NCBI GenBank assembly: GCA_963828965.1 | Contig: CAWHGL010000004.1 | Location: 12,146-76,145, forward strand | Origin: an uncultured Chloroflexia bacterium | GTDB taxonomy: Bacteria > Chloroflexota > Limnocylindria > Limnocylindrales > CSP1-4 | DNA length: 64,000 nt | Reading direction: 5' to 3' | Shown here: one piece after another, positions 51,574 through 63,229 of the stretch | Position numbering within the stretch: the stretch's first letter is position 1 | Layout: every line of letters begins with the position of its first letter | The notes under the pieces: model-generated | What the model was told of the DNA's origin: nothing | The model's input: only the letters and a program-made list of their open reading frames with translations | The model's database searches: none | Position numbers and translations under genes: made by a program

Positions 51574-52314
51574 ATGAGTGACCAGCGAGCCACCAACCCC
51601 TACACCACCCAGCGCGTCGGCGCAGACGCCACGCCCCTGCCGTCGACCATCGGCGTCAAGCCCGATGCCCGCCTGTCCGCGGCGTTCCTGACCCAGGCCT
51701 TCCTGTGGATGTTCGTCGGCCTGCTCGTGACCGCGGCCGTGGCCTACGTGGTCCAGTCGAACACACGGCTGACCGAGTGGGCAGGCGAGAACTTCTTCAT
51801 CCTCTTCATGGCCCAGCTCGGCATCGTGTTCGCGATCAGCCTCGGCATCAAGAAGATCAGCGCGGTCGCCGCCCTCGGGCTCTTCTTCGTCTACGCGGCG
51901 TCGCTCGGGATCACGATCGGCCTGATCGTGCAGGCCTACGCCGAGACGTCCGTCGTGGCCGCGTTCGTGTCGGCGTCGGCGATCTTCGGGTCCGCCGCGA
52001 TCTACGGCGCAGTGACCAAGCGCAGCCTCGTCGGCCTCCGTCCGATCCTGCTCATGGGCCTCGTCGGGCTGCTCGTGGCGATGCTGATCAACATGTTCCT
52101 CGTGAACGACATGGCGTCGCTGGCGATCTCGATCATCGGTGTCGTCATCTTCACCGGCCTGACCGCCTACGACGTCCAGCGCATCCAGAACGGCGACCTT
52201 GCCGTCGCCACGGGGTCGATGGAGAAGGGTGCGGTCATCGCGGCGCTGTCGCTGTACCTCGACTTCATCAACATCTTCCTGTTCATGCTGCGCATCTTCG
52301 GCGGGCGCAGCTGA
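51574..52314 (+). CDS. Bax-inhibitor-1/YccA family membrane protein.
   Basis: Seven TM helices and a C-terminal charged tail, in the BI-1-like pattern. Confidence 0.8.
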   Translation: MSDQRATNPYTTQRVGADATPLPSTIGVKPDARLSAAFLTQAFLWMFVGLLVTAAVAYVVQSNTRLTEWAGENFFILFMAQLGIVFAISLGIKKISAVAALGLFFVYAASLGITIGLIVQAYAETSVVAAFVSASAIFGSAAIYGAVTKRSLVGLRPILLMGLVGLLVAMLINMFLVNDMASLAISIIGVVIFTGLTAYDVQRIQNGDLAVATGSMEKGAVIAALSLYLDFINIFLFMLRIFGGRS

Positions 52315-52340
52315 CCGCCTCGAACCTCGCGCACACGAAC

Positions 52341-52376
52341 GGACCCCCGGCCATCGGCCGGGGGTCTTGACGTTTT
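52341..52376 (+). terminator. Intrinsic terminator: an 11 bp GC stem (GACCCCCGGCC-atc-GGCCGGGGGTC) followed by TTGACGTTTTC.
   Basis: Read directly, 27 nt after the BI-1 stop. Confidence 0.7.
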
Positions 52377-52416
52377 CGGGGTCGGCGACCGATGGCCGCT
52401 GGACCGAGTGCGACGC

Positions 52417-55400
52417 TCAGCCGGCGAGCGCTGCTCCGTCCGTCCCGGATCCCGCCAGGAGGCGGGCGGTGACGGCCGCCGGCACCGGTCGGCTGAACAG
52501 GTAGCCCTGCCCGAGGTCGCAGCCGAGCTCGCGCAGGCGCTCGGCCTGGCGGGTCGTCTCGATGCCTTCGGCGACGACCCCGATGCCCAGTCCATGGGCC
52601 AGCGCGATGACCGCGTCCACGATGGAGCGGTCGGCGATCTCGTCGATGCCGGCCACGAACGTGCGGTCGATCTTGATCGTGTCGAGCGGCAGGTGCTTCA
52701 GGTAGGCGAGCGACGAGTAGCCCGTGCCGAAGTCGTCGAGCACGAGGCGGGCGCCGAGATCACGGAGCAGGCCAAGGGTCCGGACCCCCGCCTCGGACTG
52801 GTCCATGACGACGCTCTCGGTGATCTCGAGCTCGAGCGCGCCCGGCTCGAGGCCACACTCCGCGAGGATGGCGGCGACATCGTCGACGAGGTCGTCGGCC
52901 ATGAACTGTCGCGCCGACAGGTTGACCGAGACGAACGGGGCCGCGCGCGCCGGGCCGGGGCCGCGATGGGGCGTCCGCGCCGCCCGCCAGATGGCGGCCT
53001 GGCGGCAGGCCGTCTGGAGGACCCAGCGGCCGAGCGGCACGATGAGGCCGGTCTCCTCGGCGAGCGGGATGAACGACAGCGGCGGCACCAGGCCGCGCGT
53101 CGGGTGCTGCCAGCGCACGAGCGCCTCGAACCCGACCACGACGTCGTCGCGCAGGTCGACGATGGGCTGGTAGTGGACGCGCAGCTCGCCCCGCTCGAGG
53201 GCGAGGCGCAGGTCGTTCTCGAGGTCGACCCGTTCCATCGTCTGATCGCTCATCGACGGCTCGAACAGGGCGTGGCGGATGGACGCGTCGCCCTTGGCCC
53301 GCACCATGGCGATCTCGGCCTCGCGCAGGAGCTCGTCGGGCGTGGCGCGGGCGCGATCGGCCAGGGCGATGCCCATCGAGGCGCTGACGAACCACTCGCG
53401 GCCGTTGAGCGGGAATGGCGCCCGCAGCTCGGCGCCGATTCGGTCGGCGACCATGCGCACTTCGTCGGCGTCGGACACCGGGTCGAGGATGATCCCGAAC
53501 TCGTCGCCGCCGAACCGCGCGACCGTGTCGCCGGGACGCAGGCCGTGGACCAGGCGCTGGCCGACCGCGGCGAGGAGCCGGTCGCCGACGGTGTGGCCGA
53601 GGCTCTCGTTGATGACCTTGAACCGGTCGAGGTCCAGGAGGACGACGGCGATCGTCTCGCGGTCGTCGGTGCGGTGGCCGGCCAGCGCATGGGCGATGCG
53701 GTCGGCGAGCAGCTCGCGATTGGGCAGCCCGGTCGTGCCGTCGTAGAGGGCCCCGCGCTGGGCCACGTCGTTGAGGCGCGCGTTGTCGAGCCCGATCGAG
53801 GCCAGCTTGGCGAAGGAGGTCAGGGCGTCGATGTCGCGCGGCCCCCAGTGCCGGCCCGTATGGCCGGAGGCCAGACCGAGCACGCCGACGACGCGGCCGC
53901 CGGTGACGAGCGGCACGCCGACGATCGCGCCGAACATGCCGGTCGGCATGCGCGCCGAGCGGTCGCTCCAGGCGTCGTAATCGTCGACGGCGATCGGCAG
54001 GCCGTCACGCAGGACCGCGCCGCCGATGCCCTCCTCGAGGGTCGTATGCAGGTCGAGGAAGCGCTCGAACAGGCCCGTGCCGTTGCGCAGGACGAGGCCC
54101 GTGCCCTCGGCATCGGTGAGCTGGACGAAGCCGTGCGGCGTGCCCAGCAGCGCGGTGGCCCGGGCGACGATGGTGTCGAGCAGGCCGCCCTGATCATGGC
54201 GGTCGAGCAGCGCCAGCGCCGTCTCGTCGAGCGCGCGCAGATAGGGGTCGGCGAGGACGCCGTCGACCCGGCCATGGCCGCGATCGCCGGGCTTGACCAG
54301 GTACAGGCTGCGGTCGGCCAGCGCGACGAGCTCGTCCTTGGTCATGCCATCGTCGGGAAAGCAGGCGACGCCGGCGCTGACCGATACGGCCGGGCCGATG
54401 ATCGACTGGGGTCGATCGAGGACGGCATGGCGGATCCGCTCCACGACCTCGTGGGCGACCACCCGGTCGGCGCCGGGCAGGATGGCCGCGAACTCGTCGC
54501 CGCCGTAGCGGTAGAGCCGGTCGCCGTCGCGGGTCGCGCCGCTCATGGCGTGGGCGACGACCGTGAGCAGGCGGTCACCGGCGGGGTGGCCCATCGCGTC
54601 GTTGAAGGCCTTGAACGCATCGAGATCGAGCATGACGACGGCGAACGGCCGGCCCGCCTCGACGGCCTCGCCCAGCTCGCGCTGGAACGCGCCGTGGTTG
54701 CGCAGCGTGGTCAGGGCGTCCTGCTCGGCCCGGACGCGGACTGCGCCGTGCGCCTCCGCGTTCTGGAGGGCGATCGACGCCTGGCTCGCGAACAGCTTGG
54801 TCAGCTCGAACTCGTTGGGGCTGAACGAGGCCGCGTCGCCCATCCGGCCGATGTTGAGCGTGCCGATCGGCTCGCCCTCGACGAGGAGCGGCACGACGAT
54901 CATCGACTCGGGCTCGAACGGTGTCCCCGGCACCTGGATGGAGCGCGGGTCGAGATGGGCCTGGTTGGACAGGATCGCCTCGCGGTGGTCGATGACCCAG
55001 CCGGTCAGGCCGCTGCCGATCGGCCCCTCGTCGGCCAGGATCAGCTCGGCGAAGTCGTCGCGGGCGATGACCGCCCGGCGGATGCCGGCGGCCGCGTCCA
55101 CCCGGTAGATCGTCAGCGAGTCGTACGGGACGATGGCCTTGAGCGAGTCGGCGATGAGGTCGAGCACGCCACCGAGATCGAGCGACAGGAGCAGGCGCTC
55201 GTTGACCTCGAGCAGGCGCCGCTGGCCGTCGAGCTGGCGCTCCAGCTCCTGCTGCTGGTGCCGCAGGCGGTCGAGGTTGCCGGCGTTGACCATCGCCTGG
55301 GCGGCCCATGCCGCGAAGATCGTCAGTGTCTGTTCGTCGTCCTGGTCGAATCGGTCGCGCCCGATGGCCGACACGACGACGAGACCGTGGACGACGTCCT

Positions 55401-56373
55401 CGTAGACCATCGGCACGACGAGCATCGATTCGGGCCGGCTCGTATCGCCGAGCGCGATGCCGCGCGGGTCGTTGCCCGCATCGCCGAGGCGCAGCGCCCG
55501 GCCGTTCGCGGCGACCCAGCCGGTGAAGCCCTGGCCGATCGGCACGCGCAGGTCCGCCGGATCGGGCTCGGCCGAGCCCAGGAACGTGCCCTGGAACGCG
55601 ATCGGCTCGCACATGCCCTCGGTGTGGTCGACCCGGTAGACCCGGATCGTGTCGTGGTCGATGAGCCGGCGCGCCTCGCCGACGATGGCCCAGGCGATGC
55701 CGTCGAGGTCCTGGAGGTGGCCCAGCCGGCCGGCCAGCTCGGCGATCGAGGTCAGGCGGCTGGCCAGCGTCCGGCCGGAATCGGCCAGGCGGGCGCTCCC
55801 GATGGCCGTGGCCATGTGGTCGCCGAAGGCGCGGGCGAGGGCGCGTTCGTCGGACGTCCACGCGTACACGGTCGGGTGGTAGAGCACGAGCAGGCCGAGC
55901 GGCTCGTCACCGAACACGAGCGGCACGTAGCAGATGGTCTTGACCCCGATGGACCGGTAGACGCTGCGCAGGGTCGGTGTCGTCGTGCGCATGCCACGGT
56001 CCAGCACGCGGACGCGCCGGTCCCGCAGGGCCTGCATGCCGGTCGTCGGGGCGTCGGCCGGGAGGTGCCCGATCGCGTCGACGATGACCGGCGACAGGCC
56101 GCGCTGGGCCGCGAGGCTCAGGGGCGTGGGATCGTTCGGGTCGTACAGCCACAGCCCGGCTCGGTCCACGCCGAACAGGGCGACGGCCTCGTCGAGAACG
56201 CCCTCGAAGAGCCCCGCGAGGTCCTGGCGGCCGCTGACCTCCGCGGCGATGCGTCGGAGGGCGTCGGCGCGCGTGGGAGCCGCACCACGGGGACCGCCCG
56301 GGGTGGACGTGGGGCGCGCGGGGGCTGGTCGGGCCGGACGCGGGGTGGCGCGTCGTTCGTCGGCGAGGACCAT
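52417..56373 (-). CDS. Multidomain c-di-GMP signalling protein: 3xGAF, GGDEF, GAF, GGDEF, EAL. About 1320 aa.
   Basis: RYGGDEF and RFGGDEF motifs plus a C-terminal EAL domain ([11 protein letters not shown]...ELEITES...[10 protein letters not shown]). The N-terminal 200 aa of the track ORF is spurious because it overlaps the upstream gene. Start is near 56373. Confidence 0.8.
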   Translation of the reverse strand: MVLADERRATPRPARPAPARPTSTPGGPRGAAPTRADALRRIAAEVSGRQDLAGLFEGVLDEAVALFGVDRAGLWLYDPNDPTPLSLAAQRGLSPVIVDAIGHLPADAPTTGMQALRDRRVRVLDRGMRTTTPTLRSVYRSIGVKTICYVPLVFGDEPLGLLVLYHPTVYAWTSDERALARAFGDHMATAIGSARLADSGRTLASRLTSIAELAGRLGHLQDLDGIAWAIVGEARRLIDHDTIRVYRVDHTEGMCEPIAFQGTFLGSAEPDPADLRVPIGQGFTGWVAANGRALRLGDAGNDPRGIALGDTSRPESMLVVPMVYEDVVHGLVVVSAIGRDRFDQDDEQTLTIFAAWAAQAMVNAGNLDRLRHQQQELERQLDGQRRLLEVNERLLLSLDLGGVLDLIADSLKAIVPYDSLTIYRVDAAAGIRRAVIARDDFAELILADEGPIGSGLTGWVIDHREAILSNQAHLDPRSIQVPGTPFEPESMIVVPLLVEGEPIGTLNIGRMGDAASFSPNEFELTKLFASQASIALQNAEAHGAVRVRAEQDALTTLRNHGAFQRELGEAVEAGRPFAVVMLDLDAFKAFNDAMGHPAGDRLLTVVAHAMSGATRDGDRLYRYGGDEFAAILPGADRVVAHEVVERIRHAVLDRPQSIIGPAVSVSAGVACFPDDGMTKDELVALADRSLYLVKPGDRGHGRVDGVLADPYLRALDETALALLDRHDQGGLLDTIVARATALLGTPHGFVQLTDAEGTGLVLRNGTGLFERFLDLHTTLEEGIGGAVLRDGLPIAVDDYDAWSDRSARMPTGMFGAIVGVPLVTGGRVVGVLGLASGHTGRHWGPRDIDALTSFAKLASIGLDNARLNDVAQRGALYDGTTGLPNRELLADRIAHALAGHRTDDRETIAVVLLDLDRFKVINESLGHTVGDRLLAAVGQRLVHGLRPGDTVARFGGDEFGIILDPVSDADEVRMVADRIGAELRAPFPLNGREWFVSASMGIALADRARATPDELLREAEIAMVRAKGDASIRHALFEPSMSDQTMERVDLENDLRLALERGELRVHYQPIVDLRDDVVVGFEALVRWQHPTRGLVPPLSFIPLAEETGLIVPLGRWVLQTACRQAAIWRAARTPHRGPGPARAAPFVSVNLSARQFMADDLVDDVAAILAECGLEPGALELEITESVVMDQSEAGVRTLGLLRDLGARLVLDDFGTGYSSLAYLKHLPLDTIKIDRTFVAGIDEIADRSIVDAVIALAHGLGIGVVAEGIETTRQAERLRELGCDLGQGYLFSRPVPAAVTARLLAGSGTDGAALAG

Positions 56374-56549
56374 CGGGTGCGGCACCACCTCCACGACAGG
56401 ATCCGACCCGCGGGGGCGAGAGTCGGCACGGCCCCAAGTGGGCCGCCCACCGACGGTACGGTGCGGTGCCGTCCGGGGCGATAGCCCATCGGTACCAGTC
56501 GGCGACCCGGCGCGACCGCCCGCCAGCCGCCGGCGTGCCGCCGAACGGC

Positions 56550-57938
56550 TCAGTGGATCCGGGCGCCCTGGCGGACGAGCTCGTCCTGGATCGGGCGCAC
56601 GGCGAGCGTCTCGAACGGGTCGTCGGTCCGCAGCGAGACCGCGGCGGCGACGCCGGCGCCCTGGCCGCTGACGGCGCAGCACATCATGTTGCGGACCGAG
56701 GCGTGGGAGACCTTGTCGCCGCCGATCGATCGCCCCGCAACGATGAGGTGGCCGATCCCTTTCGGCACGAGCGAGCGATACGGCACGTGGAAGTAGCGAC
56801 CGGTCGTCGGCAGGATGAGGATCCCGTAGCCGTCGATGAACTCGGGAAAGATGCCGATCGAGTCGTCGAACCGCGCCTGCTCGCGGACGTCCTGTTCGGT
56901 GAGGTCGTAGAGCGCCTCGATCTTGCGCGTGTCGCGGATCCCGATGGTCATCCCGAAGTTGCGCAGCTTCGCGTCCTCGCAACCGGGCATGAACGCACGC
57001 AACGCCTTCATCGCGTCCATCGCCTGCTGGCGGCCTTCGATCTCGCCGCGCGTCAGGTCGTCAGCGTCCGTGCCGTCGATGCCGGTCAGGTGGACCAGGT
57101 TCAGGTAGGTCAGGTCGCCCTGGTCGGTGATGGTCCCCCACGTCCCGGCGAGGGTGATGAGGTTCTTCGGGATGAGACCCGCCTCGACGGCCTGCTTGAA
57201 CGGCTTGCGCAGGAACGGGGAGAAGAGCTCGTCCTCCTTGCCGGAGGTCTCGATGTCCCACTCGGCGTTGCCCGCCCAGTCGCGATAGGTCTGCGGGTCG
57301 GCCTTGACCGCCTCGAGGAAGCGCGTCTTGCTGACCCCGGTCATCGAGAACATCACCGACGCCGCGAGCATCTCCTCGCGCGGCGTCTTGTGGACCGGCG
57401 CCCCGGAGCGGGCCGCGATGTCGGCGTCGCCCGTCGCGTCCACGACCCGCTTCGCGAGGATGGCCTCGCGGCCGGACTTGCTCTCGGTGATGACGCCCCG
57501 GATGGCGCCGCCCTCGACGATCGGCGCCACGGCCAGGCGGTGGAGCATCGGGGTCACGCCGGCCTCGGCGATGAGGACATCGGCGACGTACTTGAAGCGC
57601 TCGCCGTCGATGCCCATGGACAGCGACTGGCTCTCCGGGTTCGCCGCCCCCATGGCGGCCGCCCGGTCCTCGAACTCGCGCCCGATGCCGTCGGACTCGA
57701 CCGTGTCCTCGTGGCGGTACCAGCCGATGCTCTCGACGCCGACCTGGGTCATGTTGCCGCCGAAGCAGCCGTAGCGATCGAGCAGGGTCGTCCGCGCGCC
57801 GGCACGAGCCGAGCCGAGGGCGGCCGACAACCCGCCCGGGCCGCTCCCGACCACGAGCACGTCCGTCTCGTGGACGACGTCGACCGTTCGGGCGGCTTCG
57901 CTGATCCGCGTGATGGCGGTCGCGCCCGCGTCGCTCAC
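56550..57938 (-). CDS. FAD-dependent oxidoreductase (FAD_oxidored family).
   Basis: N-terminal [15 protein letters not shown] dinucleotide-binding motif. GTG start overlaps the ABC ATPase stop. Confidence 0.75.
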   Translation of the reverse strand: MSDAGATAITRISEAARTVDVVHETDVLVVGSGPGGLSAALGSARAGARTTLLDRYGCFGGNMTQVGVESIGWYRHEDTVESDGIGREFEDRAAAMGAANPESQSLSMGIDGERFKYVADVLIAEAGVTPMLHRLAVAPIVEGGAIRGVITESKSGREAILAKRVVDATGDADIAARSGAPVHKTPREEMLAASVMFSMTGVSKTRFLEAVKADPQTYRDWAGNAEWDIETSGKEDELFSPFLRKPFKQAVEAGLIPKNLITLAGTWGTITDQGDLTYLNLVHLTGIDGTDADDLTRGEIEGRQQAMDAMKALRAFMPGCEDAKLRNFGMTIGIRDTRKIEALYDLTEQDVREQARFDDSIGIFPEFIDGYGILILPTTGRYFHVPYRSLVPKGIGHLIVAGRSIGGDKVSHASVRNMMCCAVSGQGAGVAAAVSLRTDDPFETLAVRPIQDELVRQGARIH

Positions 57939-59026
57939 GGGCTGGTGGCGTCGCCGTCCTTCACGGCGAAGATCGCCCCCGTCTGGACACCGACGCTGAC
58001 CGCGGTGCCGGGCGCCAGCTCCAGGGCGTCCTCCGGTGATGTCTGCGCGCCGACGAGCTCGCCGCCGGGCAGCTCGACCTGGACACGGCAGACCGAGCCC
58101 AGGAAGCTGACCGCGACGACGCGGGCGGCGGCCCCCTCCTGCGCGGCCAGCCGTACCGACTCGGGTCGCACGAGCGCGAGCACGGGTCCCGACGTGACCG
58201 ATCCATCGAGGAGTGGGAGGCGCGTCCCGAAGACCTCGACGAAGCCGCCCTGGGCCGTCGCGCGGATCTTGTTCGTGAGGCCGACGAACTCGGCGACGAA
58301 CGCCGTCGCGGGCCGTTCGTAGAGTTCCGTCGGGGCGGCGATCTGCTCCAGCCGGCCCGCCGACATGACGCCGACGCGATCGCCGAGAGCGAGGGCCTCC
58401 TCCTGGTCGTGGGTCACGAACAGGGTGGTCGTGCCGACGCTGATCTGGATGCGCCGGATCTCGTCGCGCAGCTGGCGGCGGACCTTCGCGTCGAGCGCCG
58501 AGAGCGGTTCGTCGAGGAGCAGCACCTTGGGCTCGATCGCCAGGGCACGCGCCAGCGCCACGCGCTGCTGCTGGCCACCGGAGAGCTGGTACGGATAGCG
58601 GTTGCCGTGGATGCTGAGGCCGACGAGCTCGAGCATGTCGTCGGCCCGCTTCCGTCGCGTCGCGGCGTCCACCCCGCGCAGACGCAGCCCGTAGGCGACG
58701 TTGTCGCGTGCCGTCATGTTCGGGAACAGGCTGTAGGCCTGGAACACCATGCCCATGTCGCGGTGGTTCGCGGACACCTCGGTGATGTCCTGGCCGTCGA
58801 CGAGGATCCGACCGGAATCGGGGATATCGAGCCCGGCGAGCGCGCGCAGCGCCGTGGTCTTGCCGCAGCCCGACGGGCCCAGCAGCGCCACCAGCTCACC
58901 GGGGGCCAACTCGAGGTCGAGCCCGTCGAGGGCGTGGACCGGCCCGTAGTGTCGCTGCAGGCCGAGCATCTGCACGGACACGCCGCGGCGGACCTCGGCT
59001 GTCGTCACCGCGGTCGACTGGGACAT
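57935..59026 (-). CDS. ABC importer ATP-binding protein (PotA/FbpC-type with a TOBE domain).
   Basis: Walker A GPSGCGKTT, signature LSGGQQQRVALARAL and a C-terminal TOBE region. Confidence 0.85.
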   Translation of the reverse strand: MSQSTAVTTAEVRRGVSVQMLGLQRHYGPVHALDGLDLELAPGELVALLGPSGCGKTTALRALAGLDIPDSGRILVDGQDITEVSANHRDMGMVFQAYSLFPNMTARDNVAYGLRLRGVDAATRRKRADDMLELVGLSIHGNRYPYQLSGGQQQRVALARALAIEPKVLLLDEPLSALDAKVRRQLRDEIRRIQISVGTTTLFVTHDQEEALALGDRVGVMSAGRLEQIAAPTELYERPATAFVAEFVGLTNKIRATAQGGFVEVFGTRLPLLDGSVTSGPVLALVRPESVRLAAQEGAAARVVAVSFLGSVCRVQVELPGGELVGAQTSPEDALELAPGTAVSVGVQTGAIFAVKDGDATSP

Positions 59027-59826
59027 CAAGCGACCCCTTCTTCGTTGGATTCCTCGACCTGGCGTCGGCCGCCGGCCACGATGGCGATGCCGAAGATGAG
59101 CACGAAGGCGAACAGCAGGGCGGCCAGCGACACCGCGACCGCCACGAACGAATCGCGCTTGCCGAGCAGGTTGATGACCACCTGGAGCGTGTCGTAATTG
59201 AGCAGCGACGAGATGGTGAACTCGCCCAGCACGAGCGCGATGGTGATGACCGCCGCCGACAGGATCGCGGCGCGCAGGTTCGGGGCGATGACCTGGAACA
59301 TGACCCGCGGCCAGCCGGCGCCCAGGCTGCGGGCCGCCTCGGCCAGCGTCCCGACGTCGATGGACCGCAGGCCGGCGTCGATGGCTCGGTGCGCATACGG
59401 CAGGACCAGGATGATGTCGATGAACACGAGCACCAGCGGATTGCCACGGGTCGCCCGGGTGAGGACCGAATAGATCGGCACGATCCCGACGACCAGGACG
59501 ATGGCCGGGATGGCGATCGGCAGCAGACACAGGAACTCGACCGGGCGCTTCAGGCGCGGCGCCCGCAGGTAGGTCCAGGTGATGGTCGGGACGAGCAGCA
59601 CGAGCATGCCGACCACGGTCACGGCGGCGATCGACAGGGTGGTGATGATGCCATCGACGAGGTTCGGGTCCTGGACGATGGCGAACCACGAATCGAGCGA
59701 CCGACCGCCGAAGTCGCCACGGGTCGAGAACTCCGCCATCGCGACGAGTGGAAGGAGGAGGTAGCCCCCGATCAGGATGAGCAGCGCCCAGCGGGCGATA
59801 TCGAGGCGTCGGCGTCGCCGGGTCAT
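59026..59826 (-). CDS. ABC transporter permease (PotC-like).
   Basis: Six TM helices and an EAA-like loop (LAEAARSLGAGWPRVMFQVIAPNL). Confidence 0.8.
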   Translation of the reverse strand: MTRRRRRLDIARWALLILIGGYLLLPLVAMAEFSTRGDFGGRSLDSWFAIVQDPNLVDGIITTLSIAAVTVVGMLVLLVPTITWTYLRAPRLKRPVEFLCLLPIAIPAIVLVVGIVPIYSVLTRATRGNPLVLVFIDIILVLPYAHRAIDAGLRSIDVGTLAEAARSLGAGWPRVMFQVIAPNLRAAILSAAVITIALVLGEFTISSLLNYDTLQVVINLLGKRDSFVAVAVSLAALLFAFVLIFGIAIVAGGRRQVEESNEEGVA

Positions 59827-60761
59827 CGCAGCCACCGCGACGCGCGTCGTTGCAGGAGCGCGTACAGCGTCATGACGACCACGACCACGATGATCATGCC
59901 CAGGGCCAGGGCCTTGCCCAGGTTGGCTTGCCCCTGGATGACCTCGCCGGACATGGCTTCGGCGATCTGGAGCGGCACGATCGGGCTGCCCTGGCTGACC
60001 AGCGCGGCGGCCGTCGCGTAGGCGGAGAAGGCGTTCGCGAACAGGAGCAGGAGGGCGCCGAGGAAGCTCGGCGCGAGGATCGGACCGCCGACATGTCGCC
60101 AGTACGACCAGCTCGAGCCACCGAGGCTGGTCGACGCTTCCCACCACTCCTGGCGCAGGCCGTCGATGGCCGGCAGGAAGACGATGACCATGAGCGGGAT
60201 CTGGAAGTAGGTGTAGACGATGGTCAGCCCGGTCATCCCGTAGATCCAGGAGCTGTCCGCCACATTGATCCCGGCGGTGTCCTTCAGGACGATCGTCACG
60301 AGACCTTCCAAGCCGAACGTGGCGAGGAACGCGAACGCCAGCATCACGCCGCCGAACTGGGCCAGGACGCCGGACGCGGCGACCGAGATCTGGCGCATCC
60401 GGCCGCCCGGCCCGCCGGCGGACACGGCCCAGGCGAACAGGCCGCCGAGGATCGCGCCGATGAGCGCCGAGACGAACGACAGCTGGACCGACCGGCCGAA
60501 CGCGGCCAGATAGCGCGGTTCGCGCAGGACGGTCGAGATGTTCTCGAGGGATGGCGATCCGTCGGCCGATTGGAACGCGCCGACGAGGACGTACAGGGTG
60601 GGCAGCAGCAGGAAGAGGGCGACGTAGGCGAAGAACGGCACCATCGGCAGATAGGTGCCGGCCCAGCGCCCGCGCTGCGAGCCGGCCCCGCCCTCGGCGG
60701 GACCGGCTCCCGGCTGCTGCTCCGACGTCGGCGCGAGCGCCGTCACGTCGGTCGACTCCAT
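59823..60761 (-). CDS. ABC transporter permease (PotB-like).
   Basis: Six TM helices and an EAA loop (WEASTSLGGSSWSYWRHV). Start is chosen at MESTD. Confidence 0.8.
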   Translation of the reverse strand: MESTDVTALAPTSEQQPGAGPAEGGAGSQRGRWAGTYLPMVPFFAYVALFLLLPTLYVLVGAFQSADGSPSLENISTVLREPRYLAAFGRSVQLSFVSALIGAILGGLFAWAVSAGGPGGRMRQISVAASGVLAQFGGVMLAFAFLATFGLEGLVTIVLKDTAGINVADSSWIYGMTGLTIVYTYFQIPLMVIVFLPAIDGLRQEWWEASTSLGGSSWSYWRHVGGPILAPSFLGALLLLFANAFSAYATAAALVSQGSPIVPLQIAEAMSGEVIQGQANLGKALALGMIIVVVVVMTLYALLQRRASRWLR

Positions 60762-60774
60762 GTGAGCCCCCGCG

Positions 60775-61881
60775 TTACGGGAGTTCGATGTTCCAGTTGG
60801 CGTTGACGTAGTCACCGGCCGCCGTCTGCTGGGCCGGGGTCAGGACGACGGGCGTACCCGTCACCTTGGCGAGACCGTCGAGGGCTGCCTGGTCGATGGT
60901 GCCGTCGGCGATCATCTTGTCCTGCAGGACGGGTCGAGCGAAGCCCTTCAGCCACTCGTTCTGGGCTTCGGGCGTGTACAGGAACTCTTCCCACAGGCGC
61001 GCCGCCGCCGGATGCGGGGCTTCCTTGTTGATGGTCTGGTAGTAGTACGAGGCCACGGGCGGGGCGTCCGAAGGCACGCTGACCTTCCAATCGATGCCCT
61101 TGGTCTTGAGGTCCGCGGTCAGGCCCGCGTTGTTGTACTCCCAGTCGATGACGCACGGTGTCTGACCCGCGGCGATGGTCGCCGGCGTCGGGTCGACGGG
61201 CAGCAGGTTGCCTGCCGTGTTGAGGTCGTTGAAGAACTTCACGCCGGCGGAGATGTCGTCCGCCGAACCGCCGTTGGCCAGCGCGGCCATGACGACGCCA
61301 TGGAGGCCGGCCGCCGCCGACTTGGGATTGCCGTTGAGGGCGATCATGCCCTTGTACTCGGGCTTCAGCATGTCGGCCACCGTCGCGGGCGCCGCCACCT
61401 TGTTGGCGTCACAGCCGACGGACGTGAACCCGGCATAGTCACTGAACCAGAGGCCCGTGGCCTCCTTGAGGTTGGCCGGGATGTCGGCCCAGGCCGCGAC
61501 CTCGTACGGCGCGAACAGCTTCGTGTTGGCGAGCGCGATGCTCGGGGCGAGGTCGAGGACGTCCGGCGCCTTGTCCGTGCCAGCCTGGCTATTGAGGGCG
61601 TCGATCTCCTGCTGGCTGTTGAAGTCCAGCCCCTGCTCGTCGACCTTGATCTTGGGGTACTTCGCCTTGAACTTCTCCAGGACGCCCTTGTAGTTCGCCC
61701 ATTCCGGCGGAACGGCGATGACGTTGAGGGCGCCTTCGGCCTCTGCGGCCTTGACGAGCTCCTCCATGCCACCCATGCCCTCTGCCGAGGTGGCGGTGGC
61801 GGCCTTCGATGACCCGCCGCCGCCGCTACACGCGGCCACGACGATGGCGATGGCGGCGAGCGAGACCAGTGAGGCTCGCAT
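60775..61881 (-). CDS. ABC transporter substrate-binding lipoprotein (family 1; polyamine/iron-type).
   Basis: Lipobox VVAACSGG and an SBP-1 fold. Start ATG 61881 is preceded by GGAGGAAA. Confidence 0.75.
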   Translation of the reverse strand: MRASLVSLAAIAIVVAACSGGGGSSKAATATSAEGMGGMEELVKAAEAEGALNVIAVPPEWANYKGVLEKFKAKYPKIKVDEQGLDFNSQQEIDALNSQAGTDKAPDVLDLAPSIALANTKLFAPYEVAAWADIPANLKEATGLWFSDYAGFTSVGCDANKVAAPATVADMLKPEYKGMIALNGNPKSAAAGLHGVVMAALANGGSADDISAGVKFFNDLNTAGNLLPVDPTPATIAAGQTPCVIDWEYNNAGLTADLKTKGIDWKVSVPSDAPPVASYYYQTINKEAPHPAAARLWEEFLYTPEAQNEWLKGFARPVLQDKMIADGTIDQAALDGLAKVTGTPVVLTPAQQTAAGDYVNANWNIELP

Positions 61882-62233
61882 GCGCGAATTGCCCACGGAC
61901 GTTTCCTCCACTAACGGATCACTTTCGGGTGACCGATCGTTCGCCCGTCGGCTCGATGGTCGACGGGACCTTACGGATTTCCCTCTACCGTGCCCGGCCG
62001 TCCGAGGCCCTCCTCGGCCCGACGACCGTCGATCTCCCACGGCGACCGGGACGGCCGCCTCGCGGCGCCCGACGGATGGTCCGTCGTGCGGCCCGCTTGG
62101 CGCGCCTCGACGGTGTGACCATCCTGTTATCGCCGCGTGAACACCACGATATCGGCTGGAACGGACCGCCGCCAGCCCTGGCAGCGGATGATGTGCGCCC
62201 CGTGGCCGGTCCGACCGACGGGGCGCGACGCGT

Positions 62234-63229
62234 TCAGGAGGCGGGCATCCAGGCGGACCACTTGGCCTCGTTGTCGGCGATCCACTTGTCGCCGGCTTGG
62301 TCGGCGGTCATCGACTGGTTGGTGATGTAGTCGGCGACCTGGTTCTGGTCCTCGTTGGCCCACGAGAAGTTCTTGATCAGTGTGTAGGCGTCGCCACCGC
62401 TCTCCGCGAACTTTGTGGAGACGATCTTGTTCAGGGTGTACGGCGGGTAGTCACAGGCGACCTTCTTCGGATCGGCGTCGCAGCCCTTCGTCCAGGCCGG
62501 CAGGTTGACCTTGTCGAGCTTGATCTGGCTGTGTAGCCACTGCGGGTCGTAGAAGTAGCCGATCAGGGGCTTCTTCTGCTCGGTGGCGGTCTGGAACGCG
62601 GTGATGCTCGCGGCCTCGCTGCCGGAGTAGACGGCCTTGAAGTTGAGGCCCAGGTTCTCGATGAGCGCCTCGTCGTTGGTGACGAACGTCGGGTCGCTCG
62701 CGAGGAACTGGCCCTTGCCGCCCGACTCGGAGGTCTTGAACAGGTCGGCGTACTTGTTGAGGTTGGCCGAATCGAGGATGTCGGGATGCTCCTCCACCAT
62801 CCAGTGGGGGACGTACCAGCCGATGATCCCCGTCACGCCGTTGGGGCCGGCGTCCTGGGCCACCTTCTTGTCGGTGATGTAGAGCTTCTCGAGATCCGGG
62901 TGGCCCCAGTTCTCGATGATCGCGTCGGTGTCGCCCGTCTCGAAGCCCGGCCAGGCCAGCTCCTCGGCGATCTCGCTCGCCTCGACCTTGTAGCCGAGCT
63001 TGGTCTCGAGCAGCCGCTTCACGACCGCGACGTTGGCCTGCGCGCCGACCCACGGGTTGATGGCGATCTTGACGGTGCCCTTGTCGCCGGAGCCGGCGCT
63101 CGCCGCCGCGGACTCGCCCGCGCCGGCGCTCGGCGCCGCGCTGGATCCGCCGCCCGACGAGCACGCCGCCAGGACGATTCCCAGGACGGCGATCCCGGCT
63201 GCCAGCCGGGTCGTTCGTGTTCGATGCAT
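62234..63229 (-). CDS. proX: Glycine betaine/proline ABC transporter substrate-binding lipoprotein (OpuAC/ProX).
   Basis: Lipobox VLAACSSG and the OpuAC-type fold. Confidence 0.75.
   Translation of the reverse strand: MHRTRTTRLAAGIAVLGIVLAACSSGGGSSAAPSAGAGESAAASAGSGDKGTVKIAINPWVGAQANVAVVKRLLETKLGYKVEASEIAEELAWPGFETGDTDAIIENWGHPDLEKLYITDKKVAQDAGPNGVTGIIGWYVPHWMVEEHPDILDSANLNKYADLFKTSESGGKGQFLASDPTFVTNDEALIENLGLNFKAVYSGSEAASITAFQTATEQKKPLIGYFYDPQWLHSQIKLDKVNLPAWTKGCDADPKKVACDYPPYTLNKIVSTKFAESGGDAYTLIKNFSWANEDQNQVADYITNQSMTADQAGDKWIADNEAKWSAWMPAS

Noticed and set aside
52408-56484. 1358 aa plus-strand ORF
   Set aside because: Antisense shadow of the GAF/GGDEF/EAL gene. No motifs.
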